DNA of 64,000 bases from the human T2T-CHM13v2.0 reference genome, Homo sapiens. Positions within the stretch are counted from its first letter, which is position 1; each line of letters starts with the position of its first letter. Under the pieces are notes generated by a model. The model was given only the letters and a program-made list of their open reading frames with translations. It was not told where the DNA came from and searched no databases. Made by a program: the position numbers and the translations under genes. The stretch lies in the NCBI RefSeq assembly GCF_009914755.1, contig NC_060936.1, one strand, 5' to 3'. Shown here piece after piece: positions 18,419 through 32,555 of this stretch.

Positions 18419-19164
18419 TGTTACATGAAGTTAGGCATGAGCAGGGCAGGAGAGGGCTCTGCTCCCCACCTACGAGGAATGTCAGGTGATTATCAGGTGA
18501 TGGTTTGGCAGTTATCACATTGCTGCTCTAAAAATGATAATTCAGCAGCCAGTGCACCAGGGAGAGATAATCTCCTGACGGTCCACAGCTGTCACAATGA
18601 AGTGTTAACTGAATGCAGACACCAGGGAGAGGCAACTTCCCAAACAGATAAAAACACTTAAAATTGGTAATTGGCTTTCAACAGGGTCTCAGAAATTGGG
18701 CGAGTGAACCGGGCACGTGCATTAAGAGACAAAATGGTGGACTATGACTTTTGGGGGCATCCCACCAGAAAAGGGAAGAAACCTTCAGATGGGCATGCAT
18801 ACAACTTCCTAAACACACTGCACATGCTCACTTCCCAAGCATAAGGAGGGCACATGCAGGCAGCCCACCCTAAGGGAGAAATCGTGGGAAAGAGGTGCAA
18901 GATGCTGAAGGTGGGCCAGCATATAAAGCCCCAGGGTCAAGGTTAAATGCCTGCTTGGGTCTCTTCCAAGTGTACTTTCCTTTCTTTCCCGTTCTAAAGC
19001 TTTCTAAAATAAACTTCCACTCCTGCTCCGAAAGCTTGCCTTGTTCTCTTTTTCTGCCTTATGCCCCTCAGTTGAATTCTTTCTTCTGAGGAGGCAAGAA
19101 TCGAGGTTGCTGCAGACCCATACGGATTCGCCACTGGTAACCTGAATACCTTCTACCCCTAACA
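18419..19164 (+). mobile_element. ERV1 solo LTR (MER50-like)
   Basis: TGTTA...TAACA termini, 4-bp TSD aaat/gaat, catgagcagggcaggagaggg start, TATA (catataaag) and AATAAA. Confidence 0.85.
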
Positions 19165-19472
19165 GAATGAGTTGTCAGGATACACATGTGCCCCCTGAGC
19201 TGAAAGAAACAATCAGAGTGTGGTGAACAGGAGGCTGCAGGCCTAAGGGAGAAAAGCTTGGGGGAGCCTACAGTGGCTATGAAGAGAGAGACTGGGACTC
19301 TGCCAGAAACTTCCCATTCCTCCCAAATATCTGTTCTGGGAAATGTGAGGTTAGAAAGAGAAGACTGTTGACCACTTGGGACAGGAACTTTTCATAGGGA
19401 TCTTTTTGAGAGTGTATACAAGTTAGGCTGTCTTGGAGCTAGGCTGGCTAAAACAAAAAGGTCATTGTGTAG

Positions 19473-19800
19473 AGCGGGAATCACAAACCCAAGTGCCTGA
19501 GGGACAGGCATGATGGTGACTTGCTATAAGGCTGTACTGTCAGGGAAATGATTTGGACAAACTGGTGAGAACATCCCCATCAAGAGGGGCAGTCTGAGAG
19601 TCAACTCAAGCTAAGGGTTACATGCAGGAATGTTGGCCCAGTGATGTCGAATTACTAAGAGTAACCCAATATTTAGATTTATTCTAAATACAAAGTCTCT
19701 CTTTTTAGGTGTTGAAAGCAAATTCCAACTTCTCAAAAACATTGTGAAGGCTGAAAAATACATGTTCCACAGCCATGCCCTCCAGTTTGTTGCCTCTTGT
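19473..19800 (-). mobile_element. hAT-Charlie MITE (MER102-like)
   Basis: Ends ggaatcacaaacccaagtgcct... and ...ccagtttgttgcctcttg resemble MER102 termini. Confidence 0.5.
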
Positions 19801-20481
19801 AGAGGGTGTAAAAAATGGGGATTAGTTACAGTGAAAAGATGACAACAAACTATTCTATTATTCAGATTTATCATATAGAAAGCCTCTGAAACTGAATTAG
19901 ATATGGACTGGTTCTTTGGTCTAGTGGCTTGAATCTCACTTGGGTCTCTAAGTGGGTGTGGGATGGTAATAAGATGCATTTGTAATCATATGTACCTGTA
20001 GTGCTCAGGTAGATGGTGTAGGTAATCACAGTGCTCTTTTCCTTTAAATTTCAAAATCCTTCAAGCCTCAACAATCTTCAAACTGCAAAATCCTTCTCAA
20101 TGCAGTATTTCAGATGGCCACCACCAGTTAATCAGAGATGACATAAAAAATAGAAAATCATTGACTCCCCCTGGCCTAGATGAGCCTCATATATAATGTA
20201 CATAGTTTTGTGATACTTTATCATTTATTTGTCCAAGAATATCCAGAGAAAGATAATAAAACATGCTGTAGTCAAATATGGAGATTAGAAAAAATCTCAA
20301 AAGCTACTTATTCATTTGTTTGAAAAATATTATTGAGAGTATCCTTTATGCCAGGCACATTGCTAGGCATTGGAGTTGCTCTAGCTGATAACCTCTAAAC
20401 AATTGGTTAGACTTCCAACTACTGGCATTTCTTTTCTAGTCGGTTCCTGTCTCTTTGTCTTGATTTTGGTGGACAGTCCCA

Positions 20482-21069
20482 TGACAGGCAGAATTTCTGA
20501 ATTTATCCCCCAAAGATTCCATGCCCTAAGCCACAGATTCTGTTAATATGATGATACAATATATAACTCCAATGACTATGTTATGTCATTTGGCATCAGG
20601 GACCTTAAAAGGGGAGATTATGTGGGTGGTCCCAAGGTCATCAAATGAGTCCTTAAAAGTAGAGGACTTTCTCCAACTAGTAGTATGAGAAGAAGGCAGA
20701 GGAGAAAGTCAGAGATATATGAAATACGAGGACTCAATGAACCGTTGCTGTCTTGAAGATGGAGGGCCATGTCAGAAGAAATGTGGGTGGTTTCTAGGAA
20801 CAGCGAATGATTCCAGAGAGCAGACAGCAAGGAAATGAGGACCTTGGACTGACTCCAAGGAATTGATTCTGCCAACAACCTGCGTTAGCTTGGAAGGGAT
20901 TATTTCCCAGACCTTACAGATAAGAGCTTAGCCTGCTGTCATCCTGACCTAGGCCTTGTGAGATCCTAAGCAAAAAACTCATCCACGCCTGCCTGGATTT
21001 CTAACTTATAAAACTGTAAATCACTACCCTTTGTGGCATTTTGCTACAATGTAATAGAAAAATAATACA
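20482..21069 (+). mobile_element. MLT1 (MLT1E-like) LTR
   Basis: ttgctgtcttgaagatggagg...acagcaaggaaatgaggacc...ttctgccaacaacctg...aatagaaaaataataca. Confidence 0.8.
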
Positions 21070-21254
21070 GTAATGGTGGGAGGGGTTGGTGTGGGGAACC
21101 CAAGAGCAACATCTATCTAAATATTAGAGAATAATTTTATATATTCTTCCAAGCTTCTGTGTTTAATTCTTTAAAAAAATTCCAAAAAGTAACCCAAAAG
21201 TTTGTTGGAATGTATAGCTTATATGTACCAATTTTGGCATTTATTTTGCATTCA

Positions 21255-22170
21255 GTAGCCAGGATGAGTTTGTAACACATAACTGAAAAAAGGCTTGTAT
21301 ACACAATATATAAGGAAATCATATAAACCAATAAGAAGAATAGAATTATCCAATAGAAAGAAAATGGATCAGAACACTTGAGCAGACCATTTCACAAAAA
21401 TATCTATATGGCCAATATTAAAAGGTACTCAACATTCTTATTCATCTGGGAAATAGACATTAAAACCACAATGAGATATTATTATATTCTTTTCAGAATG
21501 GTTAAAATGAAAAAGACTGACAATACCAAGTGCTGGTGAGGATGTGAAGGATGTGAAACTGTTAGTGGGAGTGTAAATTGGTGCAACCACTTAGGAAACA
21601 CTCGTTGGCAGTATCTACTAAAGCATGTAACTGACATGTAACCTAAGGCCTAGCAATTCCACTCTTAGGTATAATCTTATGGAAATGCATACATATGTTC
21701 CCCAAAAGACAAATATTAGAATGTTCACAATAGTATTATTTATAGGAGTGGCAAGCTGAAAAATACCCAAATAGTAATCAAATAAGGAAGTATTCAAATT
21801 GTGATCTATTCACACAATGGAATACTATAAAACAATGAAAAAGAATGAACTATTGCTATAGACAACAATATGATACAATCTCACAAACATAATTTGGGCA
21901 AAAGAACCCAGCTACCAAAGAAATACACTGTATGATTTCATTTATATAAAGTTTAAAGTCCAGCAAAATGAATCTCTGGTTTAGGAAATCAAGACAGGGG
22001 TTACACATGGGGAAGGGATGGGAGAAAACACAATGGGGCTTTTGGTGATAATAATTATGTTTCATTTCTTGACCTCGATGGAGAACACATAAATGAAAAT
22101 TTAATAAGTTGTACAACTAAGATTTCAGTGCTTTTCTCTTTGCGTGTTGTACTATAATACAAAAGTAAAT
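21255..22170 (+). mobile_element. Old L1ME-type 3' end
   Basis: ttaaaaccacaatgagata...gacaataccaagtgctggtgaggatgtg...tgtatgatttcatttatataaagttt. Confidence 0.75.
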
Positions 22171-22637
22171 TTTAAAGCATACTCTATTCTAATTTAGTAA
22201 TATAAAAGTAACTAAAAATTCATAACCTTTCCTAAACTAGGGTAACTCTTTTCTCACCCGCTAGTTTTATCTCCAGAAACATAGTAAGTGGCTCTGAGTT
22301 TGAATATGTAAAAGGGAATGAGGAAGGTGGGAGCCAGAGTATTCTGCAAAAATAAACCTTTTTTTTTCCTCTAAAAAACAGAGAACGTATAAGAAAATCC
22401 AATTTTTATCTTAGAAAAATAACATTCTAAGTAAAATACCATTGTCATTTAAAACTTATAGACTTCTTTTATATAGGGAAACCCTCTGAACTTCCCTTTA
22501 ATGACATTTTCCTTGAAAGGAAAGTTAAGTCGGTAACCCACAAGGAAGCTTGTGTGTCGTGTTATAAATACTTTAGCAGCCCTTGGAAAACTGTTTCCAG
22601 CTCATTGAGATCACCTGTAAGAAACTGATAAAGTATG

Positions 22638-22941
<304 letters not shown>

Positions 22942-23235
22942 TCAATAAAGTATGAATAGTGGCTAATTTACTCTTGCGACTGGTAGAAGTTTTATATCTT
23001 GATATCCCCCCAAAATAAAATACAAACTATAGCCAAGATGCAGTTGTGATAATGCCAATAAACCTATAGTTTTTGACTGCAAGGGAGTTAATAATCTCTT
23101 CTGAAGACTCATAGCAGTCTTGATAAAAAGGAATTATTTAAAAATTGCTATTTTATGTTTGCTCAAGATTAAAGGCGTATAAGTAAGGACTACCCATGTA
23201 GCTGCTGGGCAAAGATATAATACCATAGGGCATTC

Positions 23236-23418
23236 CTTTCTTTCTTTCTTTCTTTCTTTCTTTTTTTTTACAGAGGGATCTTGCTCTTCCACCCATTCTG
23301 GAGTGCAGTGGTGTGATCATAATTCATGGCAGCCTCAAACTCCTGACCTGAAACAATCCTCCAGCCTCCGCATCCTCAGTATCTAAGACTACAGATGGGT
23401 GCTACCATGCCTAGCTAA
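23236..23418 (-). mobile_element. Alu right monomer (FRAM or truncated AluJ) with (TTTC)n tail
   Basis: Single reverse monomer with TSD-like tagggcatt on both sides. Confidence 0.8.
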
Positions 23419-24769
23419 CACTGTAGGGCATTTCTAAGGAAATGATAAAACTTTTCTCAGTATCCTTGGTTTTGCATGCTAGCATAATCTAGGTGATCAA
23501 AAAGAAAGGTTTGAAGCTGAGCAAGGAAAGTAACAGCTAAAGGGAAAGACAGAGATTTACAGGAATTCAGAAAAATGTCATAGGTAGATTAAGAGGTGTT
23601 GTGATTGAAAGATCCACGATGTCATTGTGCAATGTAAGATAAAATCATGTAGTAACTTCATTTTAAACCTACAGCATAAACATTGATGTTCTGCTACATT
23701 CTACACATACCGCTTAATGATGATGATTCATAAGAACAGCTAATCTATGGGTGAACACATTGTTCAATTCACAGTTGTCTTTAAGTGCCTTCTAGGTATG
23801 TGTGAGGGCTCCACATTAGGTGTTATGGAAATACTCAGATAAAGATGATTGGTTAGTGTCCCCACAGAGTTTGTAGAACTAGTGGCACAACAGAAAAACA
23901 CACAGATTATTAAGGTAAAGTAAAATGTAAATACTTTCAAGAGTCACCAGGAAAGTATTACAGAGAGTGCTCCTTCCTCTCTCAAAAGGAAAAATGAGAG
24001 ATTGAATAATCCAAATAAGAACAGGATGAATGAGGGAGATGGATTTGACCTGGGCCGGTACTATAGTTTTGCAAAGTTTGTGCATAGGAATACTAGATAT
24101 TGGGCACAACAGTGGGAAAGCTCAGGGCATTTGGGAAAAATATTTTAGTTATTGTTCCATCTTTATTATCAACTACAATAGTTTGTTGGTTATATTTGAA
24201 AGCTACTAAGATCACTGTAAACATTAACTGTCTCTCGTTACAATTACTCTACAGTGAGCCTTGTTTTATTCAGCCAGCAAGAATTTCATGGTTACTGACT
24301 GCCGTCTGTGGTTCTCCCCAGGGAAGGAAGTTATAAAATAGACAACTATTAGAGAATCATGTAATTTTAAAAATCCAGAGCAAGTTACAAGTCAGTACAG
24401 ATTTGGCACAATCTTCTACATCTCTTGTCTCTGTAACACCTGCCCAAGGATTGGTGTTCAGAATGATGTTCTTGAGATAATTGTGTGCTCCTCCACCAAA
24501 GACTCAAGTACCTAACTTAATATATATTCTCAGGGACATATTTTATAAATATTTTAGCAAAGGTCTAAGCAAAATAAGTATTCCGATGAACTTATAGAAA
24601 ATAAAATGATCCAGAACATGTCATTTCCAAATATGCTTCCTAGCAACAATTCAATGTTGTCACAGAGTGAACCATCAGCTACATCTTAATTCAGCATAAT
24701 AGGAGACTTGAGGTTCATTTTAGAGAAGTGGAGCATTAAGAGCCAATTAAATTTCTTGGTATTCACTAA

Positions 24770-24970
24770 CAGTTTGGTTAAGGCGAGCACTTTACATGTA
24801 TTCACTCACTTCATCTTTTCATCAGTCCTATGAAGAAGTACTACCATCATCCCTATTTTAGAGATGGAAAAGTTGAAGCTTGGAGAGGTTAAATATTGTC
24901 CAAGGTCAACAGAGAGCCAAAATCCAAAACCAAATTTGTCTGACTTTAAAAGGCACTGTATTTTACTACA
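24770..24970 (-). mobile_element. MIR
   Basis: atccctattttagagatggaaaagttgaagcttggagaggttaaa...ccaaggtca. Confidence 0.7.
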
Positions 24971-25014
24971 GTCATTGCTTTCAGAACTTTTTTCCTTAGA
25001 TGTTCATGCTTTCC

Positions 25015-25452
25015 AAAGACATGGACCCAAATGCCCATTAATCACAGACTGGATAAAGAAAATGTGATACATATACACTATAGAATATTATGCAGCCATA
25101 AAAAGGAATGAGTTCATGTCCTTTGCAGGAACATGGATGGAGCTGGAAGCCATTATCCTCAGCAAACTAATGCAGGAACAGAAAATCAAACACTGCATGT
25201 TCTCACTTATAAGTGAGAGATGAATGATGAGAACACATGGACACATGGAGGGGAACAACACACACTGGGGCCTGTCACGGGGGCAGGGGAAGGGAGAGCA
25301 TCAGGAAGAATAGCTACTGGATGCTGGGCTTAATACTTAGGTGATGGGTTGATCCGTGCAGCAAACCATGATGGCACAAGTTTACCTATGTAACAAACCT
25401 GCACATCCTGCACATGTACCCCTGAACTTAAAAGTTGAAGAAGAAAAAAAAA
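25015..25452 (+). mobile_element. Short 5'-truncated L1 3' end (L1PA12-14-like)
   Basis: 3' UTR closely resembles that of the 2719-7138 element. 17-bp TSD agatgttcatgctttcc / agatgctcatgctttcc. Confidence 0.92.
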
Positions 25453-25759
25453 AGATGCTCATGCTTTCCTTATACTTTTATGTTACTTTTCCAACCACAG
25501 GGCTCTCAGACCCAATCATTTGGTAATATAGTTCAACCATATTGAAGTGGAAGTTTTTCCCATATGCATTTTAAATAATTTGTTCACAATTTATTGAGCA
25601 CATATGATGTGCCAAGCACCACATATGCATTAACCCTTCTGCTCCTCATAGCAACTTCTGAGGGTGGTAGTGTAATTACTACCATTTTACACAGGAAAAA
25701 TCTGGCCTCCATGACTCCACGCTTGGCCTTCGTTCACTGTCTCCATCAGTGCATTGGCC

Positions 25760-26080
25760 TCCTCAATTTATTCTATAGGGCCCTCTACGCATTCCTGGTT
25801 AACTACTGGATGGTCTCAGAGCTCAGTCCTTGGGCCTCTCTCTTCTCTGTCTAAGCTTTCTCCCCTACGTATCTCATCTAGCCTTGCAATATAAGTGATG
25901 ATGACTTAAAAATTTATATCTTCTGCTCTGACCTGTGTACTGAACTCCCCCCAAAATACTCAACTTTCAACTCATACCTCCACTTACATGATTGACAGGC
26001 ATCTCAGACTTAGCATATCCAAAATTGAACTCTTAATTTTTCTTCAAACTTATTTTTCTCAGTCTTCCTTATTTCAAAAA
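25760..26080 (+). mobile_element. L2 fragment
   Basis: ctcagtccttgggcctctctcttctct...aggcatctcagacttagcatatccaaaattgaactc. Confidence 0.7.
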
Positions 26081-26480
26081 AATTGTCCTTAAAATGTCAA
26101 CACAGACTAAATTAAACTTTATTTAATAAAACTGATAGTTTCAATAGCTTTCCTAAACAGACCACTGAATTTGCTAAAGTTTATCATTTGAGATTTACTG
26201 AATAAATATATCTGACTCCAGGGTTGAGGTATTGATATCTATATTGTACACACATACACCACACACACACACTTTCTAAGAAATAATTTGTGTACTTGTA
26301 ATAGTATGTAAATAAATCAAAGTATTATTAATGAAAGTAAAACCAAAGCCATAAGCATGTCTCACTGGCAATGAAAAGGTGCTCCACATTGTTATTCATC
26401 CAGGAAATGTATATCAAACTTAAAATGAGATACTACCACATGCTGATCAGAATGGTTAGAATGAAACAGGCAGAGAATAC

Positions 26481-26839
26481 TGATATGGTTTGGCTGTGTC
26501 CCCATCCAAATCTCATCTTGAATTGTAGCTCTCACAATTCCCACGTGTTGTGGGAAGGGCATGGTGGGAGGTAATTGAATCATGGTGGTGGGTCTTTCCC
26601 ATGCTATTCTCGTGATAGTGAATAAGTCTCATGAGATCTGATGGTTTTATAAAGGAGAGTTTCCCTGCACAAGTTCTCTTCTCCTGTCTGCTGCCATGGG
26701 AAATGTTCCTTTCACCTTCTGCCATGATTGTGAAGCCTCCCCAGCCATGTGGAACTGTGAGTCCGTTAAACCTCTTTCTTTTGTAAATTGCCTAGTCTTG
26801 AGTATGTCTTTATCAGCAGCATGAAAATGGACTAATACA
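26481..26839 (+). mobile_element. THE1 (THE1B/C-like) solo LTR nested in an old L1M fragment (~26330-26910)
   Basis: tgatatggtttggctgtgtcccc...aaaatggactaataca, with perfect TSD aatac. Confidence 0.92.
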
Positions 26840-27342
26840 AATACCAAGCACTAGTGAGGATGTGAAGCAAAGGAAACTCTCATATACTATTAGTGGGAAT
26901 ATAATATTTAACACTTAATTGTGTCTTAAAATGGCACCTATTATTTTCTTTGTCAATCCCACATCATCTACTTTGGGAAATTGCTATTTCTCTGGCTTAT
27001 TCTGTTTGGGCCATTCAACATATGTTCTTGCCTTCCATACCACAGTTGTAGAGTGCACTATATCCCTGGACACAGTGCTCAGTATAGTGATCAGCATTTG
27101 CCCCAAGCTAAATCATTAAGAGTCTTTTAGAGGAGATCAGTCTTGTTTCTTTTTCTGGCATCACAAACTCTCAAAATAATGTAGACTTTTGGGTGGTAGG
27201 ACCATCTTGCCATGACATAGGAGAGCCTTTCTCAGGCAAGGAGAACTGAGAGACAAAACTCCTATGACATTATTAAACTTGTTTCTAAAGCCAGGATATA
27301 TCTTGGGCTTTTAAGGCTAATAAATTCCCTCCTTAGGCTAGT

Positions 27343-27882
27343 TGATATAGTTTGGCTTTGTGTTCCTACCCAAATCTCCTCTTGAATTGTAATCCCACAT
27401 GTTGCTGGAGGGACCTGGTGGGAGGTGATTGGATCATGGGAGCAGTTTTCTCCCATGCTGTTCTCATGATAGTGAGTGAGTTCTCACAAGATCTGATGGT
27501 TTAAAAGTGCGTGGTGCTTCCTCTTTCTCTCTCTTGTCACAATGTAAGATGTGCCTTGCTTCTCCATGATTGTTAAGTTTCCTGAGGCCTCCCCAGCCAT
27601 GCAGACTTGTGGGTCAATTAAACCTCTTTTCTTTATAAATTACCCAGTCTTAGGTAGTTCTTTAGAGCAGTGTGAAAACGGACTAACACAGAAAATTGGT
27701 ATTGAGAGAAATGGGGCACTGCTATAAAGATACTCGAAAATGTGGAAGTGACTTTGGAACTCGATAACAGGCAGAGGTTGGAACAGTTTGGAGGGCTCAG
27801 AAGAAGATAGAAGATGTGGGAAAGTTTGGAAATTCCTAGAGACTTGTTGAATGGTTTTGACCAAAATGCTGATAGTGACATG
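27343..27882 (+). mobile_element. MSTA-like LTR (27343-27690) plus ~190 bp of MaLR internal sequence
   Basis: LTR ends ggactaacaca, followed by internal gaaaattggta...ggcagaggttggaacagtttggagggctcagaagaaga, then truncated. Confidence 0.87.
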
Positions 27883-27999
27883 TACATATACCACTGAACT
27901 ATTGTTCCTTATCTAATTTAAGATCTTAAGTTTTTAACTGAAATTGTTGTATCTATTTAGCTTTATCTAAGAGTGATAGAAAGCTATTACAATGGAAGT

Positions 28000-29180
28000 C
28001 CATAAATAACTTTGAAGGGAAATAAACAACTGAGAAAAGTTTTTATGAAAAACAGATGACTAATGCCTTTAATATATAAATAGTTAATACAAGCCAATAA
28101 ACAAAAAACTAAAAGCACCTCCAACTGAAAAATGAATAAAGGACATAAATGACAACAGAAAATGAAAATGACCATATGAAAAAATACTTACCTGCACTAT
28201 AAATTTTTTGAGTTAAATTAAAATATAATGCAATGTTTACCTAACAAATCAGATATATTAAAAATGATAATATTCAATATTGACAAACCCTGATGAGATG
28301 TACACTTAAAGCATTGCTGGTAGTAATATAAAATAGTGCAACTTTTCTGGAAGACAATTGGAATTATGTATGAAATATATTTAACACATTGTCTAAATGA
28401 AATGAGAAATACAGACAAACATTTAGGTAGAAAGATATTCTTTTTAGTTATTTATAATAGCAATCTACTGGGAAATGGTTAAGTAAATATAGAATTTATT
28501 TTTGGGTGTAATATGAAGTAGGAATTTAATTTTCCCCAAGTGGCTAATTGTCCCAGCATCATTTACTTATTAGTTGAACATTTCTTCACTGATGTTTGAC
28601 TATACCTCTGGTTCCATATGGACAGTGGTCTGTTTCAGGCATTTTATCCTCTTCTACTGGTCTCTTTATTATCCCATGTTAATATCAGATAGACTTAAGG
28701 CCACAATTTTAGAATGAGTCTTGATATTGGGTAGAACAATATTCTCTGTCTTCAGATTGTTTCAAAAATATTTTGACTATTTTTCCCTGCTTCCTTTTCT
28801 AACTTCATGTACATTTTAGAAACAGCTTATTCGGGTAACCTCAAAGATGCTTTTTTTGCGATTTTAAATAGAATTAAATTTGTTGATACATTTGGGAGAA
28901 ATGACATATTTTAGCTATTAAAGCTTCCCCTCCAAGATCATAATATAGGTCTTTATGTATTTAAGTATTCTTTTATGCATCTGTATATGCATATGCATAT
29001 CTATATCTATAATGGGTTCATGTAACTTCTATAAGGTTTATTCCTTTTGGAACCTTATAATTTTATTGCTATTATAAAGGATACCTTAAAATTTTAACTT
29101 TCTGTTTTGGCTGATATACAGAAAGGAAACTGATTTTTTGTATAATGATCTTATATTCAGCAACCTTGAGGAACTCTTAA
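28000..29180. mobile_element. Two old L1M fragments in opposite orientation (+ ~28000-28490, - ~28490-29180)
   Basis: Degenerate L1 3'/ORF2 motifs that switch strand near 28490. Confidence 0.6.
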
Positions 29181-29499
29181 AATGAGTTTCCTTCCTGATG
29201 GCCCACTTTCTCCTATAAGGAGCTGACTAGGAACTCTAGGGTGTGAAAACTGTCAGGTTTCATTCAGAATGTGAGAGTGAGTTGCAAAGAAGGCAAACAG
29301 GTAGGGACACCCCATTCCCTCCTGACCCTGGCAATAGTGAAACTTGGAGGGCTCTTCCCTAAAATGGTATCTATCCCAGTGGATGAGACCTTGTCTCTCT
29401 GATGTGGAATGCTGCAGCCTTACAGAGACTATTGTCTTCAGTCTGGGAGCTGGTTCCTTCTAAGCCTTTGGGTTTTAACCTGTTACCTCTTCACTGACT

Positions 29500-29750
29500 G
29501 CTCTATTTAAATCACCTGCCAACCCTCACCTGTGCCTGCCCTTATTCCCTATTACAGAATACTGTTCTTGTCCTTTATGGCAACGATCACACTTTATGAG
29601 TTTATTTGTTTGGTAATATTCTTGTTTACTGTCTGTTTTTCCTATCCATTGCAAGCTTCATAAGAGCAGGGACCAGGTCTATTTTGTTCACCTTCTTCCT
29701 GGTCCCTGCCATTTAGTTCAATAAATGTTTGTAGACTGAATACATGAGTT
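29500..29750 (+). mobile_element. L2 3' end
   Basis: gcaagcttcataagagcagggacc...tcaataaatgtttgtagactgaat. Confidence 0.65.
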
Positions 29751-31085
29751 AGATGTCAAATACCTGCTTCAATTTTTAATGTTAACAATCCACTTGTCTC
29801 ATCATTTAAAATATACCCTACTTATGTAATCTGATTTTATCTTCATAATTGTCTTTAAAATAGGGATGCTAGTCCCCATTTGACAAATAAGGCACAGGGA
29901 AATCAAATCATGTGCTCCAAATTAATATCTAGAAATTAGTAGAGTTGAAAACAGAACCCAAATCATCTAACTCAACATCTAATTAAAATAAAACATATAA
30001 CAAAAAGAAGAGAGAAAGAAAGGAAGGAAGGAAGGATGGAGAGAAGAAAGGAGAGAGGAAAAAAGCAAGGTGGAAAGTAAGGGAGGCGATATTCATTTGT
30101 GAACTTTCCATGTCAAGGGCATACCACATCATTTATCCTTCTAAAAACTCCTTAAGTTTCATACTTTCCCATTAGGAAACCTCATAGTCTCCAGACATTT
30201 CAGGCCAGCAGACAGATTAAGAATAGTCTTGTATGACATTGTTATATATGAGTCATACAGTGTGAGAAATAAAGGAGTATGCAGTTATAGAGTAAGCCTC
30301 TTTTTCTCAGCTACATTTCACAACATAAAACTAGCTGGTAAAGTCAGGTCACCTAATCGAGTCTGATAATTGTAAGGTTTACTCACAGCATGATTTAAGT
30401 TTCAATTTCAAGTTCCAATTCATTCTCTTATAATTTTTCTGCCTTAGTCAACATTACACAAGACGTTGGCTCTCTTAACATTTAAGATCCACATGAGAAT
30501 ATCTTGTCGGTTTTACTATAGGTATGAGTGTAGAAATAGTTTCTTTCTAGTAGAATCATAATTTAAAAAAAGAAAACTGCACTCAAGTTTTTATTTTAAT
30601 CAATGATACTACATCTCCTTTATTTTTCTTATCCCTAAATCTGATTGTGAAATAAATGGTCGTTTCTATTATTTTGATTAGCTGGCTTTGTACTGTGAAG
30701 TTACAAGAAGGAAAGGAATCACCTACTGCTGTCAGTCTCTATGTAATAATAAAAAAAAAAAGTACCAGTCCTTAAGTTAATAATACTATTTTTGTGATTT
30801 GGAGGGGAAAAAACACTTTGCTGCCAAAGGGTAATCCACATAGAAGAGCTGATTGCTAGGTGAAACACTGACAGAATGAGACTCTATTATGGAACCTATT
30901 GACATGAGAACTCTACATCACTGTAAAGTACAGCCACTCACATATTCCTGAACTCAAACAGAGTAAAATGATATAGTATTTATGAATTCTGTCTGCTCCA
31001 GGAGGGCATGACAATACATACTTAATCCAACATGGTTTATCAGGGACAGACAGTGACGTTCTGGTGCTTAGAGATCACACCCTCA

Positions 31086-31274
<189 letters not shown>

Positions 31275-32349
31275 TTAATTTAGCATAATGGGGCTTAGTA
31301 TTAATAGTCACTTTAGCCAAATTCGTTTTGTCACACATATTCTGCCATCCATCTCATTTGCATTCTTTTTAAGCATCAAATGTGACAGTAAGAGTATAAA
31401 GAAGTAACCCTGAACAGAAAATTGCTGTAATATGAAAATCAGTAATGAGAAAATAACTACACATTAGCAAAAAAACCTAATTACCCACAGGTAATTCTTG
31501 GAGTACAAAAGTAAGAAGGGCACATTTTCCCTTTTTCTAGGTTTTTGCCTGAATGTCTAAAATGGATTTATTGGAGGCCAGAAAATACTATTCACCTATT
31601 TTCCCAAAGTCAGGTAAGCAGAAAAGCCTGCGAATTTCATTCAAATCATTACTAGTGAATCCAAGCAGGATAGGAACTGCTGGTAAGAAATCTCCCTTGT
31701 CTATAAATTTCCCTACTGATTTATAAGGCCATTTGGCAATAATTCAATTGATTCGATCTCACATTCCCTGGAAGAGGAAGGCAAATGCTATCCTCCCTGC
31801 TGTGACCACAGACACTCAAGGCATTGAGAGATGACTCAGGACTTCAGTGACACCACAAAAGTACAGCCAGGGTGGCCCCCAGATAACACTCCCTGCCTCA
31901 GGGAGGGGCACAAAAATAAGAAAATCAAATGGTGGGATTATATGTTTAGGATTTGGAAAGAATAATAATGACCTTTGAAATAAAAATGTTTCACCTAGTT
32001 CACTCTCTAAGTCTTTTGGCTCCAATTTTTTTCTTAAATTCTCAGATTTCTTTGAGTTCTAAATTAATTTGGTAATACAAGTATGCCACTCACAAGCTCG
32101 TAGCCTATGTTTTGACATTTCTGTCAACTCCAACTCTAAATGTTAATAAGAAATGAAAACATTCTAATTTGCTTCAGGAAGAGTGATTCACTAGACACAT
32201 GAGAAGGGAAAAGGGGAAACTCTTGGACATTTTGTTACCCGCTGCAAAAGCAAATATACGTCAGCAAAAGTAAGAAACCAGTGTTTTCCTATTTTCTAAT
32301 TTTATATGAAATATCACTTTCTTAAAAGTGAGCTAATCATATGAGTTTC

Positions 32350-32555
32350 AAAGGAAAAGAAGCCTGAATTCCTCCCGCAGTTCTTTGACTTACTCACTGC
32401 CATACTGGCAGTTCTGTCATCTGTAAATGTGGATACAAAGACCTCATGTAGAGGGTGGTTGTAAGGATAAAATAAGATAATGTCCACCAAGCCCTCAGAA
32501 CAGTCCCTAGCACGTAGTAAATGCTTAATAAATAATGGTTATTATTATTATTATC
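32350..32555 (+). mobile_element. MIR
   Basis: catctgtaaat...ggttgtaaggataaaataagataatg...cacgtagtaaatgcttaataaat. Confidence 0.7.

Noticed and set aside
28987-28998. Perfect MORE palindrome ATGCATATGCAT
   Set aside because: It sits in an AT/CAT-rich decayed patch of an old L1, so slippage is the likely origin.
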